Below are positions 52,860 to 64,000 of a stretch of DNA of 64,000 bases, piece after piece. The position numbers were made by a program, and so were the translations under genes. The notes beneath the pieces were generated by a model. That model was not told the DNA's origin. It saw only the letters and a program-made list of their open reading frames with translations, and ran no database searches. The DNA is taken from NCBI GenBank assembly GCA_013265495.1, contig MU057377.1, positions 1 through 64,000 on the forward strand. The letters run 5' to 3'. The DNA comes from Vicugna vicugna. Taxonomy: Eukaryota. Numbering within the stretch: the first letter of the stretch is position 1; each line of letters starts with the position of its first letter.

Positions 52860-55645
52860 AAGCATAGAAAGATCAAGAGATAGGAATTTGAAATATAAGG
52901 AGACATGGAAGACAGAATCAGGAGGTCTATCAGATGTCTAATTGGAATTCCAAACACAGATAACAGAGTTAATGGGAAAGAACAATAAGAATTGTTTCCT
53001 GTAACTGATAGAAAATGCAAATTCTCAGACTCAGAAGTACAATGAATCCCAAATAGGATAAAAAAAGTTGTGATGAACATCATGGTGAATGTCCAGCACA
53101 AACGTTAAAACAGGGAGACCTTGAAAACGGCCAGAGAGAAAAGTCACCTCCCCACTCAGGAATCACAATTAGACGACAGTCAGCTTAAATCAGCAGCCTT
53201 AGAAACCTGAAGGCAACAGCTTAATCATTTCAGAATGCTGGATGAAATCCCTGTCAACCTGGAATCATACATCAAAGCACACTAGCGTGTGAAACAAATA
53301 TTTTTTTCAGACAAAACTCAAACTACTTACCATCAGTAGAAATGTAGTGAAGGAACTCCATGACAATGTGCTGCAGAGAGAAGATGTGAGGAGGGAAGAT
53401 GAGCAATGAAACATGAAAGTCTCTGAGTGAGGCAAGCTAAGCAAGGACTAAGTATTTGCAGTTATGATACTAATGTCTCATTAATGCAATTTAAAAACAC
53501 TATTGAATAAAGCTCAAACAATGGTCAACAGGAGGCTGTAAGCCAGGTGGAGGAGAAGCAGAACTGATGTATTGTGTGGGAGGAGGAAAAAGCTCTAGAG
53601 TAACCTTGATCTAGTTAAACATGCTTACCAAATTCCAGATACCCACAAAGAGAGTAAAATAGAGTGTATAATTTTGAAAAAAAAATGACATAAGGGAAAA
53701 AAAATCAATCCAAAATATGGCAGTAACAGAAAGAAGCAGAAAAAAAAAGTAATCCCTGCAAATAAAATTACAAAAATAAACTCAACTGTATCAATAATCA
53801 AATAGAAGTGAAGTAACCTCTCACTTAAAAGATAAAAATAATTAGAATGAATTTTAAATCTATATACTGCTGAAAAGAAACATAGTTATATTCCATATCT
53901 CATAGCAACCTGTATAAAAAAGAACATGAAAATGAATATATGTATATATGACTGACACATTATGCTGAACTGACTATACTTTAATAAAAAATAAAGGAAA
54001 CATAACTAAAATATTAGTGCAACAAGGTTGAAAGAGAAAAGATAAAAACATATATCAGACAAATTCTAACCAAAAGAAAGCTGCTGTAGTTATATTAACA
54101 TCAGATGAAATAAGCTTTAAAGCAAAAAAGAAAATTAGAATGTAAAGGGATATTACATAATGATAAAAAGTCTAGTTCACTGGGAAATTTTAATACTTCT
54201 AAAACAGTAGGCACTTGGGCTTAGAAAATCACTTTCTAAAACTGTTTAAATGTAGCTCTAGAAATCTACAGCAAATACGATACTAGATGGCTAAACTTTA
54301 ATCTCCTTTGAAACATGAAATAAGAAAAAGATGTCTACTATTGCCACTTTTATCAACAATGTACTGAAAGCCCTTATCAACATTAAGATAAAAAAGGAAA
54401 ATAAAAATCATAAACTTTGGAAAGAAGTAAAATATTACAAAATTGTCATAGAAAACAACAAGAAAGTTTCATTTCATTATGAGAACTAATGAGAGAATTT
54501 AACCAATTATGATCAAATCAATGTTAAAAATCAACTTTATTGTTTTTATGCATAAGTTATAAACAATTAGAAGATAAAATTTTAAGAGAGAGATTTATAA
54601 TGCGTCAAAAATATAAAGTACTTACACAGACATAGTAAACAATCTTATGGTTACCTTAGGGATAAACGTGGGAGTTTGAGATCTGAAAATGTTAGCCACT
54701 ATATATAAAAACAGATTTTAAAAAAAGCTTCTCTGTAGCACAGGGAGCTATGTTCAATATCTTGTAATAACCTTTAATGAAAAAGAATGTGAAAATGAAT
54801 ATATGTGTGTATATGCATGACTGGGACATTGTGCTTTACAGCAGAAATTGATACATTGTATCTGACTGTATTTCAAGTTAAAAAAATTTATATAAAGTAC
54901 CTAGGGATGGATATAACAAAAGCTGCGCTAGACCACTACCCCATAAGGGGTAAACTGTAAAACTTCATGGAAAGAGATAAAAGGTGACAAAAATTACTGA
55001 AGAAATATTATGAACAGAGACTCCATATGACAATATCAGTTCTTAAATTGATCCCTATATTCCATGCATTTCCCATCATACAAACCAACAGGGGTTTTTA
55101 CTGAACATGAAAAGCAGATGATTGAAAAAGAAAAAGGAATCATTTTCAATGGAATTATTTTATAGGGAAGGAGAATGAACTGATTACCACAGAAAATTTT
55201 GAAAAGAGATGTGGATTGGGCTGTCCTATCAAACACGCAGGCAGATTGTAAAAGAAAGCTATTAAGACCATGTGGGGTTGGAGAAGTGATGGGCTAGGAG
55301 TCACAGGAACAGAACAGTCTGCTCAGAACAGCTGGACACGGACACTGGGTACAACACAGATGTGGCTCGGAAGATCAGTAGGGAATATATGGACCAGTCA
55401 GTCAACAGTCCTAGGACATTTAGATAAGTGCATACATGCGAAAAGCAAAGTAAGATTTCCATCTCACACCATGAGCAAAAGTCAGTTTCTGATGAATAAA
55501 ATACTTCAAAGAACTTAAGATAGAAACCTATAATGAAAAAAATATGGACAGGAATATATGATGTATATGCATGACTGAAACATTATGTTGTATACCAGAA
55601 ACTGGCACAGCATGGTAAACCGACTATAATACTTCAATAAAAGTT
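52860..55645 (+). mobile_element. Old degraded L1 (ORF1/ORF2 remnants) with nested younger L1 3' ends near 53880-54000, 54620-54890 and 55520-55645
   Basis: A-rich L1-like segments (aaccaaaagaaagctg...atattaacatcagat) interrupted by repeated L1 3' UTR copies. Confidence 0.7.
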
Positions 55646-56709
55646 AAGTGATAGTAGTTATTTTAGCTACTATTTATTTCTGTACATATCATGTGCAGGA
55701 ACTGTCCCTGAGTAAAGTAGGGGCTGTAAAACTGTGCTGCTCAAATCTCCAGGGAGCACAAGATGGGGCGCTCAGTCGGGCATGGATAGTCCTTTCCACA
55801 ACGGTGGCCCAGTTGCTAAAGATTTCACCTGTAGTGACCTTGCAAGACATCACCAGGGAGGGAAGTGCCCTGGCAGGTGTCCTGATTCAGGTATTTGAAA
55901 GGTCTGGGGGAAAATACTCACAGGCAGTGGTGCTAAGCTGAACTGGTGCTCTGCAGAAGGAAAATGAGAAACTGAGAGCCATTAACAATGGGTTAAAGGC
56001 CGAGTGTGGGAACCAGAGGGACTGTGGGCGGCTTCCTTAGCAAGAGGTCCTTATCTCCTGCACAGCTGAGCAACAGGCTGCGGGTCTCAGGAGCCGGTTT
56101 GGATGCTTGGCCCGGCGGACTGAAGTCAGTACTCTTGTTGGGGACCCCCGGGACCCTGAAACACAGGGCGGTGGTATCTCCTTGGGTGCCCCTCTGTGCT
56201 CAGCAAAGCAACTTGAAACCTCAGCGCTTGCAGAGGGGCCCGTCGTTCTCCTGTAAGAGCTGGCAGTTCCCTCGCGCTGGAAGATGCCCTAGGAGCCTCT
56301 CCTCCACAAGGCGACCGCGCCCCCTGCCCAGGAGCTGCCCTGCCTCCTTTGCTGGCTACCAGGTTGACGTGCAGGGTTACACTTCAGCATAAGCCAGCTG
56401 AGGACAGCCTGATACGTGAGGAGAGAGGCTACCTTCCAGGAGGTGAAGAATTGTTGACAAGATGTCCCAGGAGAAGCCAGGTGCGTATCCCCGGGACTGG
56501 ATCTTCATGGCCAGAAACAAGACTGGGTAAGTAAGAGTCTTTGACCTGAAGGATGACCCTTCTTGGAATTCAACACCCTGTCAAGGAAACTAGGATGTGG
56601 CAAACTCACCAAGAGGGTGGCTTTTAAAGGCCTGAAAAAAAAAAAGTGAAAAACAGAATAAATTCTCATGAAAGCCCAGAAAAAGGAATAAAGCTGAGGG
56701 AAGTGAATG

Positions 56710-57236
56710 CGTTACCGACCCTCCCTAGTCGGTCCCCAACAAGGGTCCTTCTGCTCCATGTCTTTCCAGCCCACAGAACCAGACCGAGTCCAGTTCAGAA
56801 GAAAGGACAGCTTCCTTCTTTGATCAGAGGATGGAGAAGCGTCAGCTGGGGCTCCAGAGCACGGGGTCTCCCCGCAGGCGGGGTGGGGGAAGGGGCGGGG
56901 CCCCCCGGCTGGCGCAGCCGGGCTGATCACGCTCCAGCGCGCGCTCGGTACTGTGCGCAGGCGCAGCGCCTCTGCACCCGCCCACCGCGCCGCCGTCCTG
57001 GGCGCAGGCGCGCTGCCCGGGGCTTCTGCTCGCGGCCCAGAGCCGGGGCGTTCGCGCCATTTTGCACCGGGAACTCCGGTCTGGAGGGCGGGGGCGAGGC
57101 CTCTGCGCACGGCCTCCTGTGAGCCAATGAAACTAGACCAGACACAAAGGAAAAGAAAAAAAAAGGTTAGACTTTCTTTATTACCCAGATTCTATTTTTT
57201 TTTCCGGGGAATGGTGAATGGGCTTTGCTGGTGACA
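56710..57236 (-). mobile_element. Putative solo LTR (ERV1-like) nested in the ERV-L remnant
   Basis: Termini (c)gttacc...tgaca; imperfect 4-bp flanks aatg/gatg; ttattacccag near the end; gag-like sequence resumes right after it. Confidence 0.5.
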
Positions 57237-57520
57237 GATGTGCGGGCATGGGGATATTTTGTGAGGTCAGAAAACCCAGGAGAAGAGTGTTCAGTGGGGG
57301 TGACCAGAGGACACCCTGTTCCCGGAGGCGTTGGGCGTGCCCCCGGCGGGGGAGGGGGGGGGACTTGGCGGCTGTCCTCTGCGACCCGGGGAGAGGGAGT
57401 GACATCCCGACCCGCACTGCTGAAGTCCACGGAGACGGAGGCGCTGTGATGCAACAGAGCAGCCAGCGCTGATGCTTAAGCGCCCGGAGCCGCAGCGAGG
57501 TCACGATTACAGGGACGTCT
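56830..57520. promoter_or_regulatory. Orphan CpG island with promoter-type motifs
   Basis: GC box 56892-56900; NRF1-like TGCGCAGGCGCA 56954-56965 and GGCGCAGGCGCG 57001-57012; YY1-like CGCCATTTT 57055-57063; CCAAT 57124-57128. Confidence 0.7.
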
Positions 57521-57929
57521 GGCCAGGCTGCAGGGGCAGCCCAGAGGGTGTGAACCACAGGAAGTGGTAGAGATAGTTGCTAGAACATAGCACTCAGAGG
57601 GACAGGCAGCCCCCAAACTGCTACTTAAGATGTACAAACAACAAAAAATGACAAGAGCGGAAGGGAGGAGGCTGAGGTGATCACCCCAGCAGCATGTTCC
57701 ATCTCTTGCTCAGTCCCTGGACCTGAGCCCAACTTTGTATCCGGAGTTCATTGATGAAGCGGTTGCCAGGTTCCTAGGAAGAACCCTGCAACCCCATGAC
57801 AGGTGTCCACTGTGATGACTTGTCCTCCTCCCATGGGGCCATTTCCTTCAGTGAGAGGACACTGGGTAGACATGAAGGTCTGGAGATTTTTGAGGTCTGT
57901 TGGATGCAGGGTCTGAACTGCCTTCACTA

Positions 57930-58320
57930 GGTAGATCTGAAGTGTCGTCGCTGTAGCTGGGGAGAGTAACTGCCCGACAGCTCAGCTGCTGAACTCCAAA
58001 ACCACCCCCATCTTCCCGCCGAAGCTGTGCTTCCCCCGCTGCTTCCAGCCAATGGCTGAGCATGGCAGCGATACGAAGGCAGGACCACTCCTAAGAGGTG
58101 TGGGACTTCTCCGAGAGGCCACTTTTGGCTCAAGGATCCCCAGGCAGCCTTGCCCACTCTGCTTAGGACTGCAGGGCTGACACTTCCACCAGCTTACCTG
58201 CCCTCTCTCCTTCCCTTGGCGTCTCGGCTTTGTTATCTGATGGTTCTCCAGGCCTCTCCTGGCTCCCTCTCCATTTTTTTTTTTCTTACAAGTTGTCTCC
58301 TGAAATGAATTTTTGGCATT
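57930..58320 (+). mobile_element. ERV-L LTR (LTR16-like)
   Basis: ggccacttttggctcaagga...ctggctccctctcc resembles the recalled LTR16A consensus. Confidence 0.6.
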
Positions 58321-58329
58321 TTTTAAATG

Positions 58330-60170
58330 TGTGCTTTAATTTAAAATATACATAACATAAAATTTCTTACTTCAAACATTAATTTTTTAAAATTGTGGTA
58401 AAATACAAGAACATAATATTCAGAATTTTACACAGGCATGAAGTATAATCGCATTGCACAACCATCACTGCCATCTGTCTCCAGAACTTTTTTCATCTTC
58501 CCAAACTCCATTCCGTTGCCCCGTCTCCCCTACCCCAGGCAACTTCCCTTCTACTTTCTGTCTCTGTGACTCTGCCTACTCTGGGTATCTCATGGAAGTA
58601 GAATCATGCAGTATTTGACCTTTTGTGATTGGCTTATTTCACTTAGCCAATAATGTCTTCAAGGTTCATCTACATTGCACGTGTGTCAGAATTTCCTTCC
58701 TTTTTAAGGCTGAATAATAACCATTGTATGCATGTGCCACAGTTGGTTTACCCACTCATCTGTCCATGGCTGCTTTTTGGCTACTGTGAATAATGCTTCT
58801 ACGAACTTTGGTGTAAAAATATCTCTTCAAGAACCTGCTTTCAGTTCTGTTGGGTTTGCACCAGAAGTGACACTGCTGGATCATATGGTGATTCAATTTA
58901 AATTTTTTGAGGAACCGGCATGCTGTTTTCCACAGGGGCTGAGCCATCGTACGTTCCCACCAGCAGTGCACAAGGGCTCTAATTTTTCCACATCCTCACC
59001 AGCCATTGCTATTTATTTATTTTAACAATAGCCGTCCTAATGGGTGTGAGGTGGTATCTCACTGTGGTCTTGATTTGCGTTTCCTTAATGTTTAGGGACG
59101 TGGGGCATCTTTTCATGGATTTATTGCCACTTGTACATCTTTTCTGAAGAAAAGCATACCCCTTTTTAAATTGGGTTGTTTGTTTTTGTCACTTACTTGT
59201 AGGAATGCTTTATATTCTGGATACTACGTTTCCACAAGTCCCCACCCTCCAGTGATTTAAGATAATAATTTATTTCTCTTTCATGTATTTTTTTAATTGA
59301 AATATAGTTGGCCTGGAATATTCTGTTAGTTTCAAGTGTATCACATAATGATTTGATATTTGCATACTTTATAAAATGATCACCACAATAAGTCTAGGAA
59401 CCATCTGTCCCTGTACAAAGTTATTACAATATTATTGGCCATATTCCTTCTGCTGTGTATTACATCCCTGTGACTTCTTCATTATATACCTGGAGGTTTG
59501 GACCTCTTAATCCTCTTCACCTAGTTCACCCTCTCACCCCCCTCCCTTCTAGCACCTACCCTTTTGTTCTCTGTATCTATGTGTCTATCTTTGTATTGTT
59601 TTGTTTTGTTCTGTTTTTTTAGATTCCACACCTAAGTGAGATGGCACAGTATTGTCCTCTGTCTGACTTATTTCACTTAGCATAGTACCCTCTAGATCTA
59701 TTCATGTTGTCAATAATGGCAAGGCTTCCTTTTTTTTATGACTGAGAAATAGTCCATTGTCTTACATCTTCTTTATCCATTCATCTGTCAACACTTAAGT
59801 TGCTTCCATATCTTGGCAGTGAATAATGGTGTAATAAACATAGGAGTGCATGTATCTTTTTGTATTAGTGTTTTAGGTTTTTTTTGGTAAACACTTAGGA
59901 GTGGAATTGCAGGATCATATGGTAGTTCTATTTTTAACTTTTTGAGGAGCCTCCACATTGTTTTCCATAGTGGTTGCACCAAATTACATTCACACCAACA
60001 GTGTAGGAGGGTTCCCTTTGTCCACATCCTCTCCAGCATTGTTAACTGTGTTCTTTTTGATGATAGCCATTCCAAGAGGCGTGAGGTGATATCTCCTTGT
60101 GGTTTTGATTTGCATCTCCCTGATGATTGGTGATGTTGAGCATCTCCTTATGTGTCTGTTGGCCATCCAA
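58330..60170 (-). mobile_element. Two adjacent antisense LINE-1 3' fragments (about 58330-59230 and 59270-60170)
   Basis: Minus-strand ORF fragments [40 protein letters not shown] and AQPLWKTACRFLKK. Confidence 0.9.
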
Positions 60171-61044
60171 TTTCTTGCATGTTTAATACCATCTTGGTTT
60201 CTGCTTCTTGGAGGAATTGTACCAACACAATTATCATGTTTCTGTTTGAGTGAGGACATTCATAGGAGCTAGGTGGCTAAGTGCGGAGTCACGGCTAAGT
60301 CTGGCTCACAATGGGTCTGGTCCACTGTGGAGACAATGGTCTGAAGATCCATCCAATAATCATTTCCCCAAGCCGTGAATGTATTACCAGCATTGTTGTA
60401 CTTGGCAGCTGGAGTAACATTGGGTTCCAAGTCTGTGGGGTAAGAGCTGTTACAGTGATGAAGGCTAAGTGGAAAACTATGTAACAAAGCCCTCTCCACT
60501 AAAATAGTTAACCAAGAATATTATTGTCAGGAATAAAGCTCCATGAGCCCTCAGCCTCACATGTGTGCAATTAATTCAGCAGAATAAAAGAGCTACAATG
60601 TTAATATGGTCTGGATTCCAAGAGATTAATTTTATTTCCCTTTCTAAAAGTGCAAAAAATAGAGGAAAATTAAGAAAAAATAATCCTCTGATACAAGAGA
60701 TTATAAATGAAAAATACAACCTAAATCATAGGTGTTTTATCAGTGAAAGAAATATGGTTAGAGAGAGGAAAACTTTACGTTTATTTCCTTGCTCAACCTG
60801 ACCGACATACCAGATACTCATGGGTGTATTTTCCCTCCATTGTGCCATGTTATTTTGCTTTCAATTTAAATTTCCACTGAATCCACTCTCTTGTGATAGT
60901 GTGGAAATTTTTGTGCTATGAATGAATGCTACTTTTATTATTGTACTTCCCATTATCTTTGAATTCCTGTAACTGAACCTTATTAAACTTGTCCCTTGTA
61001 CCATACTCTCACTTATTATTATTATATTCCTAAAACATTTAATC

Positions 61045-61180
61045 CTAGATACATACAGAACATCCCATCCCAAAGCAGCAGAATACACATTGTTTTCAGG
61101 TGCACATGGAACATTCTCCAGGATAGATCACAAGCTAGGCCATAAAACAAGTCTCAGTAAATTTAAGAAGACTGAAAATG
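61045..61180 (+). mobile_element. LINE-1 ORF2 endonuclease-region fragment
   Basis: gcagaatacacattgttttcaggtgcacatggaacattctccaggatagatcac encodes an EYT..S.AHGTFSRIDH-like motif. Confidence 0.8.
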
Positions 61181-61489
61181 CAATCGTTAGGTGTGTGAGG
61201 TATCTCATGGGGGTCTTTTTAGGAGCATGCATTTCACGGATGGATTTGACTGAGACTTCAAAACTATAATGGTATTATGTTCATCTTTCCCATTAATGTT
61301 TTGTGTTCTATTGCTGGGTACTTGACCCTTCCTCTGGAAACTTTTAGCCCTGTATCTCATAAAGACTCACAGTTGGCTTGAATTGGGGTCTGTAATAAGT
61401 AGGAGCTACAGGCATGCCATTTTCTCTCTATTGCCATTGGGTGAGTTCTGTGAGCTGAGCTTTCTCAGGTTTCCATTAAACATACTCTG

Positions 61490-61605
61490 AAAATATGAAA
61501 ATGAATATATGTCTGTATATGCATGACTGGGACATTATGCTGTACACCAGAAATTGACACATTTTAACTGACTATACTTCAATAAAAAATCATAATAAAA
61601 TAAAT
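61490..61605 (+). mobile_element. Short LINE-1 3' end
   Basis: Same terminal sequence as the 19789 copy. Confidence 0.8.
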
Positions 61606-61629
61606 CAACACACTCTGGTTTCTAGAACT

Positions 61630-61860
61630 AAAGGCTCATGGAGAACCTCATAGCTGCTTTCAAATATTTGTAATATTTTCTTATGTAAAAGATTTTAGGA
61701 GAGTTTGTGGAAATTAGAACTAGAAGCAGTAAAACAAAACTACAGGAAGAAATGTAGGTCTGTAATGAAAAAAAGGTTGGCATTCAGAATTTTATAAACC
61801 TGCCTCTGGGAGGCAGTAAGGTGCAGAGATTGAAAACGACTTCCCATGGACTTCAAATCA
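61630..61860 (+). mobile_element. CR1/L3-like fossil fragment (further possible pieces near 62180-62310 and 63680-63870)
   Basis: atagctgctttcaaatatttg...agaactagaagca...aaactacaggaag resembles a CR1 3' region; highly diverged. Confidence 0.45.
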
Positions 61861-64000
61861 ACTACAACCATCGCTGTCCCTGTGACGTGTGCCTTGTTGC
61901 GTCATGTTGTTCCCTGATGTTCCAAAGTCAGACTTTCATTCTCTGTCAGGGACAAATTACGTCAAGAGCTATTTCTCAAAATATAGTTGTTATTACTAAA
62001 CATATGTGGCTTTGTTCTAAGACCTTGGGAGTCAATCTTACAAATATTTGCTCCAGTGTTTGACAATAGCATTGTATCTGGTCATAGACTCTTGAGTACA
62101 ATTAAAGCTTCTGGATCGTAAGGACCCTTGCATTATATTTTTTGTTAGGTTTTCATTTGCTCTGGGACTCATTAAAAGTCTTCAGCCTTTTGGTCAATTC
62201 AGTAAATGGATGGGGAGCAGTGTACTTAGATATGGTATATGTTGCTTCCAGAATCAGAAGATATTTACCAAGCACTGTGCCTCTTTCTTAATGTAGACAG
62301 TGAAAAGGTGCAGGAACTTCTTCTCTTCGGAGAGGATAGATAGACATGCTCAGTTCCACTGGATCCCCAGGGATTTTACTGGAGTGGCTAATCTCTGTAT
62401 TTTAGTGGAACCCATACCTACCCCTCGGCACACAAGTATTTTATCAAGACACCTTGAACAGCTGCCAGCACATGCTTTCTAAAGCCTATCAGCATAGTGT
62501 CGTCGGCGCCGGGACCAGCACGAACTCCGCCGGTGTGATGAGACAACGAACACTTCTGTGGTCTCAGCAACAGCACACAGTCCGTGAGTTGTCGCCACTC
62601 TGGGGCAAGACAGTAAAGCTGTCCTGCTGTCTGGCCAGGTGACAGTAAACCGCTGTTGTGTCTCCCCATTGTCAGTCAAGGAAAAATACCCACCACCTCA
62701 ACAGCTGCCTTCACAGGCCAACAGTGTAAGTTTGTTCCAGGGAAGAGACACATCTGTAGCAGTTGCTGTAATCGGAGCCGTGGATTAACAGAAACAATGT
62801 TTTATATATTATATAAGCCATTAAAATGTAATAGACATTTTAGACAATTAGATACTGAAGTTTTTATTTCTTGAGTTTTTTCTCTGATGTATGTGTTCAT
62901 TAATCTGAAAGTTTTCAGAGTAAATTATATTTGATATAAATTATTTAAAAACACACCAACAACAGAAAAACGAAAACAACAAAATTATTTAATTGAATTT
63001 AACATAAAGAAAATCAACACAGTCTAGGGAACTTTTATGTCATCTGGTTCGTTGTCCTGTATGGCTCTGAGAGACTACTATGAATGGCTCTTTTTAATAT
63101 CTATTTTGAAATGATAACTCAGTGTGTATAGAAAATGTAATTCTCACAATATAAATTATGTCTTTTTTGCTTTTATTTATTTTCTGATTATTTTTAGCAC
63201 ATATTCAAAGAGTTAAAGTTGTATCAAACAGGAAATGAACTTTATCAATTTTAAGAAACACTAGTTTTAGGGCAGAGGTCATTTGTTTATGTGTTCAATA
63301 GCAAAAAATCTGGTTGATATTTCTCTAGACATTTAATATAATGTAATTCCTTACAACAGAATGGGTTTCCCCTGCCTGGGAAGGATGAATATAGTCATTT
63401 ACCTGTGCTGTTTTTTTATGGAAATACACTGTAATCTGGTAATATTTTATGATCTAATGCTATGGTTTCTTCTACTGTACTTTGTTAAAAGGACTTCTAA
63501 CTGGGTAGTTGGATTGTTAAATAATAATAATCTTTCATTTTCTCTGTTTTCAATTACCTTGCTTTCAATTACAACCCCTGGTCATAAAAATGCAAATTTA
63601 AGGTGCAAATTATATTCACTTTAAAATATATTCACAGAAGCTTTAGGTGAAAATGTAACTGCCTTTCAGCTAATGCCAAATGTAAATCATGCCACTTATA
63701 AAATGAGTATCCATAAATATTTTTAGAAAATGGAAATATGCACAAAGAAACTAACTCTGATCTGTCTGGAAACTGACATTTGTGAACGAAAAAGGGCTTG
63801 GATTGAATTTAGATAAATTGAACACACTTATGAGCAGACACTCATAGCTTCAGTGACTCTTTGGACAGGCACAATGTTGAGCTGTTGCAAGAATACAAGT
63901 AATGGCGAAACATTAGAGCAAAAGCTTCATAAAAAAGCCAAGTGTGTGGGCAACAAGAGGTGCTGTCAACAATATCCAAAATGGCTGTGCCAATTTAACA

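Larger units (their letters stand above)
55740..57925 (+). mobile_element. Decayed ERV-L class internal region (gag-pro remnant)
   Basis: EKGIKLREV-like gag segment near 56680-56705; protease-like GLLDAGSEL at 57894-57920 (compare LLDTGSEL); no intact ORF. Confidence 0.65.

Noticed and set aside
56646..57558. Several 70-160 aa ORFs over the orphan CpG island; also considered as the DENND1B promoter
   Set aside because: The ORFs are low-complexity GC artefacts. No DENND1B coding exon is recognisable, and the island lies within ERV-like sequence.

Overview
Mammalian genomic DNA, most likely camelid, judged from two tRNA-derived SINEs that resemble the Vic-1 family. It holds two intact minus-strand genes. 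LHX9 (LIM-homeobox 9) has five coding exons at 26772..15281 giving 397 aa, a distal alternative first exon at 31875..31848 (388-aa MLNGTTLEAA- isoform), and a downstream alternative last exon at 12605..12549 giving the homeodomain-truncated Lhx9-alpha form. The C1orf53 ortholog has three coding exons at 41994..37313 giving 145 aa. The LHX9 region is CpG-island rich and almost free of transposons. The flanks (1-6.6 kb and 44-64 kb) are dense in L1, L2, CR1, MIR, MaLR, hAT and ERV remnants. The most unusual element not explained by a gene is an orphan CpG island at about 56.8-57.5 kb with NRF1, Sp1, YY1 and CCAAT motifs. It appears to sit on a solo LTR nested in a decayed ERV-L gag-pro, about 15 kb upstream of C1orf53. 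No wholly new multi-gene system is evident. Repeat family names and ortholog comparisons come from recalled consensus sequences, not from searches.
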